Source: Squalus acanthias
Taxonomy: Eukaryota
Length of the DNA stretch: 64,000 bases
Assembly (NCBI GenBank): GCA_030390025.1
Contig: CM059431.1
Coordinates: 137,022,001-137,086,000 of the forward strand
Reading direction: 5' to 3'
Shown: positions 26,055 through 38,925 of the stretch, piece after piece
Position numbering within the stretch: position 1 is the stretch's first letter
Layout: the number at the start of each line of letters is the position of its first letter
Program-made: the position numbers and the translations under genes
Notes under the pieces: model-generated
Databases searched by the model: none
What the model saw: only the letters and a program-made list of their open reading frames with translations
What the model was told of the DNA's origin: nothing

Positions 26055-29000
26055 CGGGGAACCCTTTTAAAGAGGGAGTCTCACCTCAGGGATTCCATTT
26101 AAAGAGGGAGTATTTCTATCAGAGAGCCCTTTTAAAGAGAAACTTACCAACAGGTACCGCTTTTAAAGAGTGAGGCTCACCAGCAGGGATCCCTTTTAAA
26201 GAGGGTGTTTCAGCATCAGGGACTCCTATCAACGAGGGAGTCTCACCAACAGGGACCCATTTTAAAGAGGGTGTCTCACCATCAGGGACCCCGTTTAAAG
26301 AGAGACTCATTCTTTCAGGGATCCCTTTTAAAGTGGGAATCTCACCATTAGGGACTCCTTTTAAAGAGGGAGACTCACCATCAGGGACCCCTTTTAAAGA
26401 GAGAGTCTTTCTATCAGTAACCACTTTCGAAGAGGGAGCATTTTTATCAGTGATCCCTTTTAAACAGAGATTCTCCACATTAGAAAGTCTCACCATCAGG
26501 GACCACTATTAAAGAGAAAATCTTTCTATCAAAGACCCCTTTTAAAGAGGCAGTCTCTCTATCAGTGACCCAATTTAAAGATAATCTTCCTATTCTGCAC
26601 ACCTTTTTAAGAGAGAGTATTTCTATCAGGGATCCCATTTAAATGGAATCTCACCGTCAGGAACCCCTTTTAAAGAGGAAGTCTCACCATCAGAACCCCT
26701 TTTAAAAAGGGTGTCTCAACATCAGTAATCTCTTTTAAAGAGAGAGTCTTTCTATCAGGAACCACTTTCGAAGAGGGATCATTTTTATCAGTGATCCCTT
26801 TTAAACAGAAAGTCTCCCCATTAGAGAGTCTCACCATCAGGGACCACTTTTAAAGAGAAAATCTTTCTATCAAAGACCCCTTTTAGAGAGGCAGTCTCTC
26901 TATCAGTGACCCAATTTAAAGAGAATCTTCCTATTATGGACACCTTTTTAAGAGAGAGTATTTCTATCAGAGACACCATTTAAAGAGAATCTCACCGTCA
27001 GGATCGCCTTTTAAAGAGGAAGTCTCACCATCAGAACCCCTTTTAAAAAGGGTGTCTCACCATAAGGGATCCCTTTTAAAGAGGGTATCTTATCATCAGG
27101 GATCCCTTTTAAAGAGCGAGTCTCACCATCAGGGAACCTTTTTAATGCGGATGTTTTAGCTTCAGGGATCCCTTTTAAAGAGGTTATCTCATCATCAGGG
27201 ACATCTTTTAAAAAGTGAGTCTCACCATCTGGGACCTCTTTTAAAGAGGGAGTCTCAACATTGGGGACCCCGTTCATCGACTGAGTCTCAAACTCCGGAC
27301 CCATTTTGAAGAGCGAGTCTTTCTATCAGGGAGTCTTTTAAAGAGGGAATCTCACCATCATAGATCCTTTTAAAGAGGGTGTCTTTCTATCATGGAGCCC
27401 TTTGAAACTGAGCCTTTCCATTAGGGACCCCTGTTAAAGAGTGAGTCTCACCATCGGGGATCCCTTTTAAAGAGTGTCTGACACTTAGGGAACCCTTGTA
27501 AAGAGGGTGTCTCACCAACAGGAACCCCTTTTAAAGAGAGAGACTCACCATCAGAGATACTGTTAAAGCGGGAGTCTTTCTAGCAAGGTCCCCTTTTAAA
27601 GAGAGAGTTTTTTTTATCAGGGACCCCATTTAAAGAGAATCTTCCTATTAGTCACATCTTTAAAAGAGGAGAGTCTCACCATCAGCGACACCTTTTAAAG
27701 AGGGAGTATCAACATCAGGGTACCCATTTAAAGAGTTAGTCTCACTATCAGGGACCCATTTAATGAGGGAGTCTCACTATCAGGGACCCCATTTAAAGAG
27801 AGAGTCTTTCTATCAGGGACCCCTTTTTAAGAGGGAGTCTCACCATCAGAGATACTTTTAAAGATGGAGTCTTTCTATCAGGGGGCTCTTTTAAAGAGAA
27901 TCGACAACAGCGACACAATTTAAAGAGTGAGTCTCACCATCAGGTATCCCTTTTAAAGATAGAGTCTCACCATCAGGGACCACTTTTATAGAGAGAGTGT
28001 CACTATCAGAGACTCTTTTAAAGAGGGAGTCTCACCCTCGGGGACCTGTTTTAAAGAGAATGTCTTTCCATCAACGACACCTTTTAAAGAGCGAGACTTT
28101 CTATCAGGGACTCTTTTTAAAGGGAATCTTACTGTTAGTGACGCATTTAAAGAGAAAGTCTCACCATCAGGGACCCCTTTTAAAGAGGGAATGTCTCCAT
28201 CAGGGAAACCTTTTAAAAAGGTGTCTCCCCATCAGGGGCCCCTTTTAAAGAGGGAGTCTCACCATCAGGGACCACTTTTAAAGAGGGAGTCTCACCACCA
28301 GGGAAACCTTTTAAAGAGAGTGTCTCGCCATCAGCGAACACTTTTAAAGAATGAGTCTCACCATCAGATACCCGTTTTATAGAGGCAGTTTTTCTATCAG
28401 GAACCACTTTTAAAGAGGGAGTCTTTCTATCAGTGACCCCTTTTAAACAGAGAATCTGTCCATTAGGGACCCATTTTAAAGAGAGAGTCTCACCATCAGG
28501 GACCACATTTAAAGCGAAAATCTTTCTATCAGGACCCCTTTTAAAGAGGGAGACTTTCTATCAGGGACCCCATTTAAAGTGAATCTTCCTATTAGGGACA
28601 CCTTTTAATAGAGAGTATTTCTATCAGGGACACATTATAAAGAGGGAGTCTTTCTATCAGGAGCCCTTTTAAAGTGAATCTTCCTATTAGGGACACCTTT
28701 TAAATAGAGAGTGTTTCTATCAGGGACACATTATAAAGAGGGAGTCTTTCTATCAGGACCCCTTTCAAAGTGAATCTTCCTATTAGGGACTCCTTTTAAA
28801 TAGAGAGTGTTTCTATCAGGGATACGTTATAAAGTGAGTTTTACCGTCAGGGTCTCCTTTTAAAGAGAGAGTCTCAGCATCAGTGGCCCCATTTAAAGAG
28901 AGTGTCTCACCATTAGGGAGCCCTTTTAAAGAGGGTATCTCGCCATCAGGGACCCCTTTTAAAGAAAGTATCACCGTCATTGTCTGATTTAAAGAGGGAG

Positions 29001-30978
29001 TTTCCCCAGCAGGGATCCCATTTAAAGAGTGTGTCTCACCATTAGGGGCCCCTTATAAAGAGGGAGTTTCACCATGACGGATCCATTTTCAAGAGGGAAT
29101 CTCACCATCAGGGACCCCTATTAAAGAGAGTGTTTCAGCATCAGGGAATCCTATTAAAGAGGGAGTCCCACCAACAGGGACCCATTTTAAAGTGGGTGTT
29201 TCGTCATCAGTGACGTCTTTTAAAGAGAGATTTTCACCATCTGGGAATAATTTTAAAGAGGGAGTCTCAACATCAGGGATCCCATTTAAAGAGGGCGTCT
29301 CACTATCAGGGACACTTCAATAGAGAGAGTCTTTCTATCAGGGATCCCTTTTAAAGAGAATCTTCCTATAAGGACACCTTTTAAAGAGAGCTCCTCAACA
29401 TAAGGGACCACTTTTAAAGAGGAAGTCTCACCACCAGGGACCCCTTTTAAAGAGGGAGACTCACAATCAGGGACCCGTTTTAAAGAGGGAGACTCACAAT
29501 CAGGGACCCGTTTTAAAGCGGGAGTCTCACTATCAGGGACACATTTTAAAGAGAGTCTTTCTTTCAGGGACTCCTTCTAAAGATGCAGTCGCTCCCTCGG
29601 GGACCTGTTTTAAAGAGAGAGTCTTTCTATTAGGAAACACTTTTAAAGAGGGAGTCTTTCTATCAGTGACCCCTTTTAAACAGAGTCTGCAAATTAGGGA
29701 CACCTTTTAAAGAAGTAATCTTACCATCAGGGAACCATTTTAAAGAGGGTTTTTCATTATTCGGGACTCCTATTAAAAAGGGAGCCTCACCAACAGGGCC
29801 CCATTTTAAAGAGATAATCTCACCATCAGGGAGCTCTTTAAAAGAGATAATTTTTCTCTGAAGGACCCCATTTAAAGCGGGAGTCTTTCTATCAGAGACC
29901 CAATTTAAATAGAATCTTCATATTAGGGACACCTTTTAAAGAGATTTTTACCGTCAGGGGCTCCTTTTAAAGAGGGATTCTCAGCATCAGAAGCCCCTTT
30001 TAAAGAACGAGTGTCCACATTTAAAGAGGGAGTCTCACCATCAGGGACCCCTTTTAAAGAGAGTCTCACCGTCAGTGTCTCCTTTTAAAGAAGAAGTCTC
30101 ATCATCAGGGATCCATTTTAAAGAGGGAGTCTCACCATCAGAGTCCCCTAAACAGGGAGTCTCACCATCAGGGACCCCTTTTAAAGAGGGAGTCGCACCA
30201 TCACGGACCCCTTTAAAAGAGAGAGTCTCCCCACCAGGTATCCCTTTTAAAGAGGTAGTCTCACCTTCAGTGGCCCCTTTTAAAGAGAGAGTCTCACCAT
30301 AAGGGACCCCTTTTAAAGAGGGAATCTTACCATCAGGGGCCCCTTTTAAAGCGGGAGTCTCACCTTCAGATACCCTTTTAAAGAGGGAGACATTCTATCA
30401 GGGATCCCTTTTAAAGAGCGAGTCTCACCATTAGGGATCCCTTTTAAGAAGAGAGTCTCACCACCAGGGACCCCTTTTAACGCGGGTGCCTCATCATCAG
30501 GGAGTTCTTTAAAAGAGGGAGTCTCACCATCAGGTATCCCATTGAAAGAGAGAGTCTCATTATCAGGGATTACTTTTAAAGAGTAATCTTTCCATCAGGG
30601 ATCCCTTTTAAAGAGGGACCCTCACCATCAGGGTCCCATTTTAACGAGGGTGTTTCAGCTTCAGGGACTCCTATTAAGGAAAGACTCTCACCATCAGGGA
30701 CCCTTTTAAAGAGGGAGTCTCATTCTCAGGGGCCCCTTTTAAAGAGGCAATCTCCCCATTAGGTATGCCTTTTAAAGAGAGATTATCACCCTCAGGGGCC
30801 CCTTTTAAAGAGGGTGTTTCACCAACAGGGACCCCTTTTATCGAGAGAGTCGTCCCATTAGGGATCTCTTTTAAAGAAGAGGTCTCAACATCAGTGATCC
30901 CTTTTAAAGAGGGACTATTCCTATCAGCGAGTCATTTTAAAGAGGGACTCTCACCATCATAGACCATTTAAAGACGTA

Positions 30979-31873
30979 GGGGTAAAAATTCACTTGGTTG
31001 CGCCTCCCGTTAGCGCCTTTAGAGGGCGCAAATGGGGCGCAAAGCCGCTAACGCCCGGGCGCAGCGCTGTTTGCGCCGCTCGAGAACTTAACTTGAGATT
31101 GTGCGGCGGCGCTAAAACTTACCGCTGCGACCACCTGCGCGCGCAGATTGTGACGTCCTTCCATGGTGCAACGCCCTTGGGGCGCACCGTAGCGGAAATT
31201 GAGTGGCGCCCCCTGCCTTACCGCCTGGCGCTTCCAACGACCAGAAGACTGGAACGCTATCAATCGCTGTGGGGCTGGGGGGGGGGCGCTATTTAAAGGG
31301 GGCCTCTTCCTGTCTTTTATTGTTGGTGGCATTTTTGAACTACGCATTCTGAGAGAGAGAGGGAGAGACTTCTGGAGAGATTCAACGTTGTGTGAAGGAG
31401 TTTTGGGTACTGAGCAGCACTTTGCAGGTTCATTTTGATTTGCCATTCCTTGTATCGATTTAGCAGAGACTGTGGGAGCTGCACTCTGAGCTCTTTGCCT
31501 GGTACTTTCCATTGTTCTTTCCAGCACATTTGATGTGCAAGTCTCTCCAGGCTGAGATTCAAGGCAGCAATGAACAGGATGTGGATGGAAAGCAAGATTA
31601 ACCATCCCCTTTAAGAACTGCCCCGTGCCATTGTGTGTGTGTTCCATTGCTGACTGACATTACATGAGCTTCGCCAGCGCTCCAAGTTAGCGCCTCACTG
31701 CTCGGCCTTTGCGCCTTAAGAGAGGTGTGCAGCGCCTGCTTTAGCGCTCCACTCACCTCCCGGGGCGGCTAAAGTGAAGTTTCCTGTCAGTGCCGATAAT
31801 TAGCGCCAGGCGCTAATATTTGCGTCCGGACGATATTTGCGCCCCAAATGGGGCGCGACCTAATTTTTACCCC
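30979..31873. mobile_element. Non-autonomous TIR DNA transposon (PIF/Harbinger-like MITE), copy 1
   Basis: TIRs GGGGTAAAAATT / AATTTTTACCCC; GTA on both sides; absent from the paralogous site near 14415; no transposase ORF. Confidence 0.85.
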
Positions 31874-32706
31874 GTAGTCTTTCTATCAGGGACCCCTTTT
31901 AAAGTGAGTCTTACCATCAGGGACGCCTTTTAAAGACAATCTCACCATCAAAAAATGTATTTTAAAGAGAGAGTCTCACCATCAGGGATCCCTTTTAAAG
32001 AGAGATTCGCGCCGTCACAGACCCTTTTAAAGATGGGGTCTTTCTATCAGGGACAACTTTTAAAGAGGGAGACTCACCATGTAGGATCGCTTTTAAAGAG
32101 GGAATATTTCCATTAGGGTTCCCATTTAAAGAGAGTGTCTCTCCGTCAGAGACCTTCTTAAACAGGGAGACTTTCTAACAGGGAGCCTTTTTGAACAGTA
32201 ACTCTCACCATCAGGGATACTCTTTAAAGAGTGAGTCTTACCATCTGGGATCATTTTTAAAGAGTGAGACTCCCCATCAGGGATCACTTTTAATGAAGGA
32301 GACTTTTCATCAGGGAGCCTTTTTAAAGAGGGAGTCTCTTCATCAGAGACCCTTTTAAAGAGCGAGTCTTTCTATGATGGGCCCTTTTAAAGAGGGAGTC
32401 TCACCATCAGGGAGCCATTTTATAGAGTGCCTTAACATCAGAGACCCCTTTTAAAGAAGGAGTCTTTCTATCAGTGGGCCCTTTTAATGAGGAAGTCTCA
32501 CCATCAAAGACCCTTTTAAAGAGAGAATCTTTCTCTCAGGAATCCCTTTTAAAGCTGGAATCACCCCGTTAGGGGTCCCTTTTATAAACGAAATCTCAGC
32601 ACCATGCACCCCTTTTAAATAGGGAGTCTCACCATCAGGGACCACTTTTAAAGAAAGAGTCTTTCTATCAGTGATCACATTTGAAGAGGGAGTCTTTATA
32701 ATAGTG

Positions 32707-34919
32707 TGTGGCGGGCCGCCACCTAAACGGTCGAAATACAAATTTCCGTCTGTGGACAATAAATCGGGCCCCTTGTCTTCAAGGCGCCTGCTGCCTTCAA
32801 GGCATGAAAAAAGGAGAGGGCGTCGCCCTCAGGGTGAACTTAAAAACAGCGGGCGTCAACCGCCTTCGACTCCACCAAGACCACCCTGCTCGCGCTCCCA
32901 CGGCCCAATGCCAAGGTAGCGCTCACCACGGACGCCTCCGACCACGCGGTCGGCGCCGTGTATGAGCAGTGGGTCAACGGCGCCTGGCAACCACTTGCCT
33001 TCTTCAGGCCAACTAGGTCCCCCGGAGGTCAAGTACAGCACCTTCGACTGCGAGCTCCTCGCGCTGTTCCTGGCCGTCCGCCATTTTCGGTTTTTGCTGG
33101 AGGGCCACCCCTTCACTGCGTTTGGCGACCACAAACCCCTGACATTCGCAATGGCACAGACAATGGACCACTGGTCCACCAGGCAGCAGCGCCAGCTCGC
33201 GTCAGTGTCCGAGTTCACCACGGACATCCAACACGTCACCGGCCGAGACAATGTGGCAGCCGACTGCCTCTCCCGCACCGCCATCCATGTCGCACACCTG
33301 GCAGTCGACTACACTCAACTCGCAGCAGACCAGTTCACCGACCTTGAACTGCTCTCCGCACCGACCAACCTACCAGGGCTACGCCTGGCCGACGTCGCTT
33401 GTGGCCTGACCGCAATCACGGTCAAGTGCGACATATCCCTATGTCAACCTCGGCCCGTCGCCCCAAGGTCCTGGTGCCACCGGGTATTCAAGATTCTCCA
33501 CAACGTCTCCCACCCTGGCGCACGCACATCCATCAAATTGGTAGCCAACCGCTTTGTCTGGCGCGGCCTTCACAAGGATGTGCATACTTGGATCAACTCC
33601 TGCCAAGCCTGCCAATGGGCCAAGGTGCAGCAACACAAGAAAGCACCCCTCGAGGAGTTTACCGTCCCTTCGCGTAATTTCGACCACCTCCACGTGGACA
33701 TCGTCGGGCCCCTGCCGACGTCGCAAGGCCACACGCACTTGCTGACGATCGTTGACCGCACCACGCGCTGGCCCGAGGCAATTCCAATGACTTCTACCAC
33801 CACTGCCGACATCGCCGGAGCTTTCGACAGCACCTGGGTCGCACGGTTCAGCGTTCCCTCCGACATGACGTCGGACAGAGGTCCGTAATTTACCTCTGAA
33901 CACTGGACCGCCGTCGCACGCAATCTCGGGGTGACCATTCACCGCACCACAGCATACCTTCCCCAAGCCAACGGACTGTGTGAGCGGTTCCACAGATCCT
34001 TGAAGGCATCTCTTCGAGCCAGCCTCCAGGACGGCCCCTGGGCCGACCGACACCCATGGCTCCTCCTCGGCTTGCGCACTGCAGTTAAAGAAGACCTAAA
34101 CGCATCGGCAGCAGAGCTCGTGTACGGACAGCCGCTGCGCGTACCCGGCGAGTTCCTGCCCACCGCCACGATACCCTGGTTAAACAACCAGCAACGCCAC
34201 GACGTCGCCTCACCGGTGCTTTGGTTCGCCCCGGTGCCCATTGTCTGACACAACGAATCCACCTCACAGGTACCACTAAGCCTGCACCAGGCACGGTTCG
34301 TTTTCTTCGGGCACGACGCCCACCGCGGACCCCTTCAACCCCCGTACGACGGGCCCTACAAGGTGCTACAGGCTGGGGACAAATTTTCACCCTGCAAGTG
34401 GGCGACAGGACCGAAAAAGTGTTGGTTGACTGACTCAAGCAAGCACACTAGGAGCTCGGTGAGCATGTCCCTGTAGATCGTCCACCGCCATGCGGCCGAC
34501 CTGCCATCAAGCCAGTTCACCCGGCTGCTCCACGCCCAGCCGTTCCACGTCCACCGGTGTCCTACAATAGCCGCTCCGGTCGGCCCATCAGACCGCCGCA
34601 CCGTCTCGTCCACACCTGCTGGCGGATTCTGGGGGGAGCTGTGTGGCGGATCGCCACCTAAACGGGTGCACTCCACTTTTATGTCCGTGGACAATAAATC
34701 GGGCACCTTGCCTTTAAGGCGCATGCTGCCTTAAAGGCATGAAAAAAGGAGTGGGCGTCGCCCTCAGTGTGAACTTAAAAAGAGCGGGCGTCGCCCTCAA
34801 CCAGTAGGGTTTTGCAGAGAGAAGTTGCAGCCGCCATTTTGACAAGCAGTATGTAATTAAAAGCCAGGTGCTCCACATATTGACTCGGCCTCAATTTGTG
34901 CTTCGCGGCAGTCACAACA
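32707..34919 (+). mobile_element. Ty3/Gypsy LTR retrotransposon, internally deleted (copy 2)
   Basis: Same AGTG TSD (32703-32706, 34920-34923), flanks and deletion junction as copy 1; 5' LTR 32707-32857, 3' LTR 34642-34919; RNase H and integrase in ORFs 32962..33888 and 33931..34248. Confidence 0.94.
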
Positions 34920-36067
34920 AGTGACCAATTTAAACAGAGAGTCTCCCCATTAGAGTTTCTCACCATTATGGAAGACTTTTAAAGAGAGTATTTCTATCAG
35001 GGAACCCTTTTAAAAAGGGAGTCTCACGATAAGGGATCCCTTTTAAAGAGGTTATCTTACCCTCAGGGACAGCTTTTAACGAGAGTCTCCCCATCAGATA
35101 CCCTTTTTAAAGAGCGATTCACATCATCAGGGATCCCATTTAAAGAGCGAGTCTCACATTCAGGGAACACTTTTAAAGAGGCTGTTTTAGGATCAAGGAG
35201 TCCAATGAAAGAGGGTGTCCCATCATCAGGGACATCTTTTAAAGAGAGAGTATCACCATCAGGGACTTCTTTAAAGAGGGTGTCTCAGCATCAGGGATCC
35301 TATTTAAAGAGGGAGTCTCACTATCAGGGACCCCTTTTCAAGAGAGAGTATTTCTATCAGGAACCCCTTTTAAAGAGGGAGTATCAAACTCCGGACCCAT
35401 TTTGAAGAGGGAGTCTTCCTATCAGGATTCTTTTAAAGAGGGAGTCTCACCATCAGAGATCCTTTTAAAGAGGGAGTCTTTCCATCAGGGATCCTTCTTA
35501 AATAGAGATTCTTGCCGTCAGAGACCAATTTCAGATGGAGTCTTTCTATCAGGGATTCTTTTAAAGAGGGAATCTCACCATCAGAGATCCTTTTAAAGAG
35601 GGAGTCTTTCCATCAGGGACACCTTTAAAAGTGAGACTTACAATCAGGAAACCCTTTTAAAGATTGAGTCACCATCACAAATGCCTTTTAAAGAGGGACT
35701 CTCACCATCATGGATCCCCTTTAAAGACTGAGTCTTACCATCTGGGAACATTTTTAAAGAGTGAGACTCGCCGTCAGGGTTTCCTTTTAAAGAAGGAGTC
35801 TTTCTATCTGGGATCCATTTAAAAAGAGGGAATCTCACCATTAGGGATAACATTTAAAGAGGGAGTCTCCCCATAAGGGGTCCCTTTTATAGAAGAAGTC
35901 TCACCATCAGGGACCGCTTTTAAAGAGTGAGTTTTTCTATCAGGGACCCCTTTCAAAGAGGGAGTCTCACCATCAGGTCCCCTTTTAAGCAGGGAATCTC
36001 AACATAAGGAATTCTTTTCAAGAGGGAGTCCCACCATCAGTAACCCTTTTAAAGATTGAATCTCATC

Positions 36068-36213
36068 AAGCTCTTCGGGAGCATAAAAACTGACTGACTT
36101 CTATAGATATGTGAAGAGAAAAAGATTGATGAAGTCAAGCGTAGGACCCTTGCAGTCAGAAACAGAGGAATTTATAATGGGGTACAAAGAAATGGCAACC
36201 AATTAAATACATA
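36068..36213 (+). mobile_element. Internal CR1 fragment, duplicate of 19516-19666
   Basis: Same sequence and the same satellite junctions as 19516-19666. Confidence 0.85.
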
Positions 36214-37213
36214 CACCATCAGGGACCCTTTTTAAAAGAGGGATTCTCAACATCATAGACCCTTTCTAAAGAGGGTGTCTCACCATTATGGATTTCTTTT
36301 AAATAGGGAGTCTCACCATCAGGGGTCCCTTTTAAATAGGGTGTCTCACCATCAGGGACCCCTTTTAAAGAGAGAGTCTTTCTATCAGGAATCATTTTTG
36401 AAGAGGGAGCCTTTCTATTAGTGACGAATTTAAACAGAGTAGTTCCTCATTAGAGATTATCAGCATCAGGGACCCATTTTAAAGAGAGAGCCTTTCCTTC
36501 AGGAACCACTTTTGAAGAGGGAGTCTTTCTATCAGTGACCCCATTTAAACAGGGCGTATCCCCATTAGACAGTCTCACCATCAGGGAACACTTTTAAAGA
36601 GAGAGTATTTCTGTCAGGTACCCCTTTTAAAAATGGAGTCTCACGATAAGGGATCCCTTTTAAAGAGGTTATCTGACACACAGGGACAGCTTTTAACGAG
36701 AGAGTCTCCCCATCAAATACCATTTTTAAAGAGAGAGTCACACCATCAAGGATCCCTTTTAAAGAGCGAGTCTCACCATTAGGGAAATCTTTTAAAGAGG
36801 CTGCTTTAGCATCAGGGAGTCCAATGAAAGAGGGAGTCTCACCATCAAGGACACGTTTTTAAGAGGGTGTCCCATCATCAGGGACATTTTTAAAGAGAGA
36901 GTCTCACCATCAGGGACTCCTTTTAAAGAGGGAGTCTCACCATCAGGGATCCTATTTAAAGAGGGAGTCTCACTATCAGGGACCCCTTTTAAAGAGAGAT
37001 TATTTCTATCAGGAACCCCTTTAAAAGTGGAGATCTCACCATTAGGGACCCCTTTTAAAGAGGGAGTCTCACCGTCAGGTACTTCTTTTAAAGAGAGAGT
37101 CTTTCTATCAGGAACCACATTTGATGAGAGAATCTTACTGTCAGTGATCCCTTTTAAACAGAGTGTCTCCCCATTAGAGAGTCTTACCATCAGGGACCAC
37201 TTTTAAAGATAAC

Positions 37214-38110
37214 GGGGTAGAAATTAGGTCGCGCCCCATTTGGGGCGCAAATATCGTCCGGACGCAAATATTAGCGCCTGGCGCTAATTATCGGCACTGA
37301 CAGGAAACTTCACTTTAACCGCCCCGGGAGGTGAGTGGAGCGCTAAAGCAGGCGCTGCACACCTCTCTTAAGGCGCAAAGGCCGAGCAGTGAGGCGCTAA
37401 CTCGGAGCGCTGGTGAAGCTCATGTAATGTCAGTCAGCAATGGAACACACACACAATGGCACGGGCCAGTTCTTAAAGGGGATGGTTAATCTTGCTTTCC
37501 ATCCACATCCTGTTCATTGCTGCCTTGAATCTCGGCCTGGAGAGACTTGCACATCAAATGTGCTGGAAAGAAAAATGGAGCGTACCAGGCAAAGAGCTCA
37601 GAGTGCAGCTCCCACAGTCTCTGCTAAATCGATACAAGGAATGGCAAATCAAAATGAACCTGCAAAGTGCTGCTCAGCACCCAAAACTCCTTCACACAAC
37701 GTTGAATCTCTCCAGAAGTCTCTCCCTCTCTCTCTCAGAATGCGTAGTTCAAAAATGCCACCAACAATAAAAGACAGGAAGAGGCCCCCTTTAAATAGCG
37801 CCCCCCCCCCCCAGCCCCACAGCGATTGATAGCGTTCCAGTCTTCTGGTCGTTGGAAGCGCCAGGCGGTAAGGCAGGGGGCGCCACTCAATTTCCGCTAC
37901 GGGGCGCCACAAGGGCGTTGCACCATGGAATGACGTCACAATCTGCGCGCGCAGGTGGTCGCAGCGGTAAGTTTTAGCGCCGCCGCACAATCTCAAGTTA
38001 AGTTCTCGAGCGGCGCAAACATCGCTGCGCCCGGGCGTTAGCGGCTTTGCGCCCCATTAGCGCCCTCTTAAGGCGCTAACGGGAGGCGCAACGAAGTGAA
38101 TTTTTACCCC
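37214..38110. mobile_element. Non-autonomous TIR element, copy 2, inverted relative to 30979-31873
   Basis: GGGGTAGAAATT...AATTTTTACCCC; reverse complement of copy 1 (ORF 37440+ mirrors ORF 31048..31647-). Confidence 0.87.
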
Positions 38111-38711
38111 AAAATATAAGGATGAGCTCACAAATATCAGGCGCAGTGCCAGTCTGGTCACCGTCAAACCCCTCCTTTCTCATTAAATAGAAGAAGGACA
38201 GAAATGAACGGGAGTCAGACGCCAGAAAGTTTAATAAATAGAACAACAGAAGACAGAAATATAAGTAACATGGATTTCCAAATTTTATCAATGCACATTT
38301 ATTTGACTTTATGTAAATGATGACTGCTATGAATTTGAAAATGAGCTCCATGGGGGTTTGTGTTCAGGAGTGACTTGTATTTTTATGCTTGTCTTTCAAG
38401 TTTGCAATTCACTTTGTATTGGATATTGAAAGGTCTCGCATTTCAAGATGAGGGCACAAGGACCATGTGTAGAGCAACCGACTTGTAGAATGGCAGATAC
38501 AGTTTTTCCAACACCTGTGCTACCAGACACTTTCAATGCCTTTCACCGGGTAGATTGATGGCAGAATGTGCAGAATAGGACAACAAAAATACTCCAACGT
38601 CATTGACAGTTCTCGACCATTTTTCTAAATAAATGTCGTGTGCACAATAATCAAGAGCAAAAAACGTTTCTCTCTATTATTCCTATTAATTCCTTTCTGA
38701 AATCAGCGCTT

Positions 38712-38925
38712 AACCTTCTATATTCCAAGGAATATAAACCTAGTTTATGTAATCTCCCCTCATAATCTAACCATTGGAACCCTGGAAACATTCTGGTGAA
38801 TCTGTGCTGCACTGCTTCCGAGGCCAATGTCTATCCTTTCTGAGGTGCCGGGCCCAGAACTGTACAGTGTATTCCAGAGGTGGTCTAACCAGGACTTTAT
38901 ATAGCTGTAGCAAAACGTTCGCCCC
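38712..38925 (-). mobile_element. Old CR1 fragment (RT C-terminus)
   Basis: Minus strand encodes LYKVLVRPPLEY.VQFW and VQHRFTRM-like segments. Confidence 0.75.

Larger units (their letters stand above)
1574..37210 (+). repeat. 33-bp satellite array, consensus AGAGGGAGTCTCACCATCAGGGACCCCTTTTAA, interrupted by TEs
   Basis: Hundreds of head-to-tail diverged monomers in one orientation; 11-aa periodic pseudo-ORFs (KEGVSPSGTPF, KRESHHQGPLL). Confidence 0.97.

Noticed and set aside
26553..26568. TCTCTCTATCAGTGA resembling a tet operator half-site
   Set aside because: A chance variant of the satellite monomer; the full operator palindrome is absent.
30994..31647. ORFs inside the MITE (199 aa and 92 aa, mirrored at 37440-37996) as a captured gene or transposase
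   Set aside because: No recognisable domain; the frame differs between the copies at the G/C homopolymer; similarity reflects recent copying only.
6356..37210. Many 60-190 aa ORFs with 11-aa periodicity (KEGVSPSGTPF, LKGVPDGETPS) as a repetitive protein gene
   Set aside because: They are translations of a 33-bp satellite in several frames on both strands, broken by frequent stops and indels.
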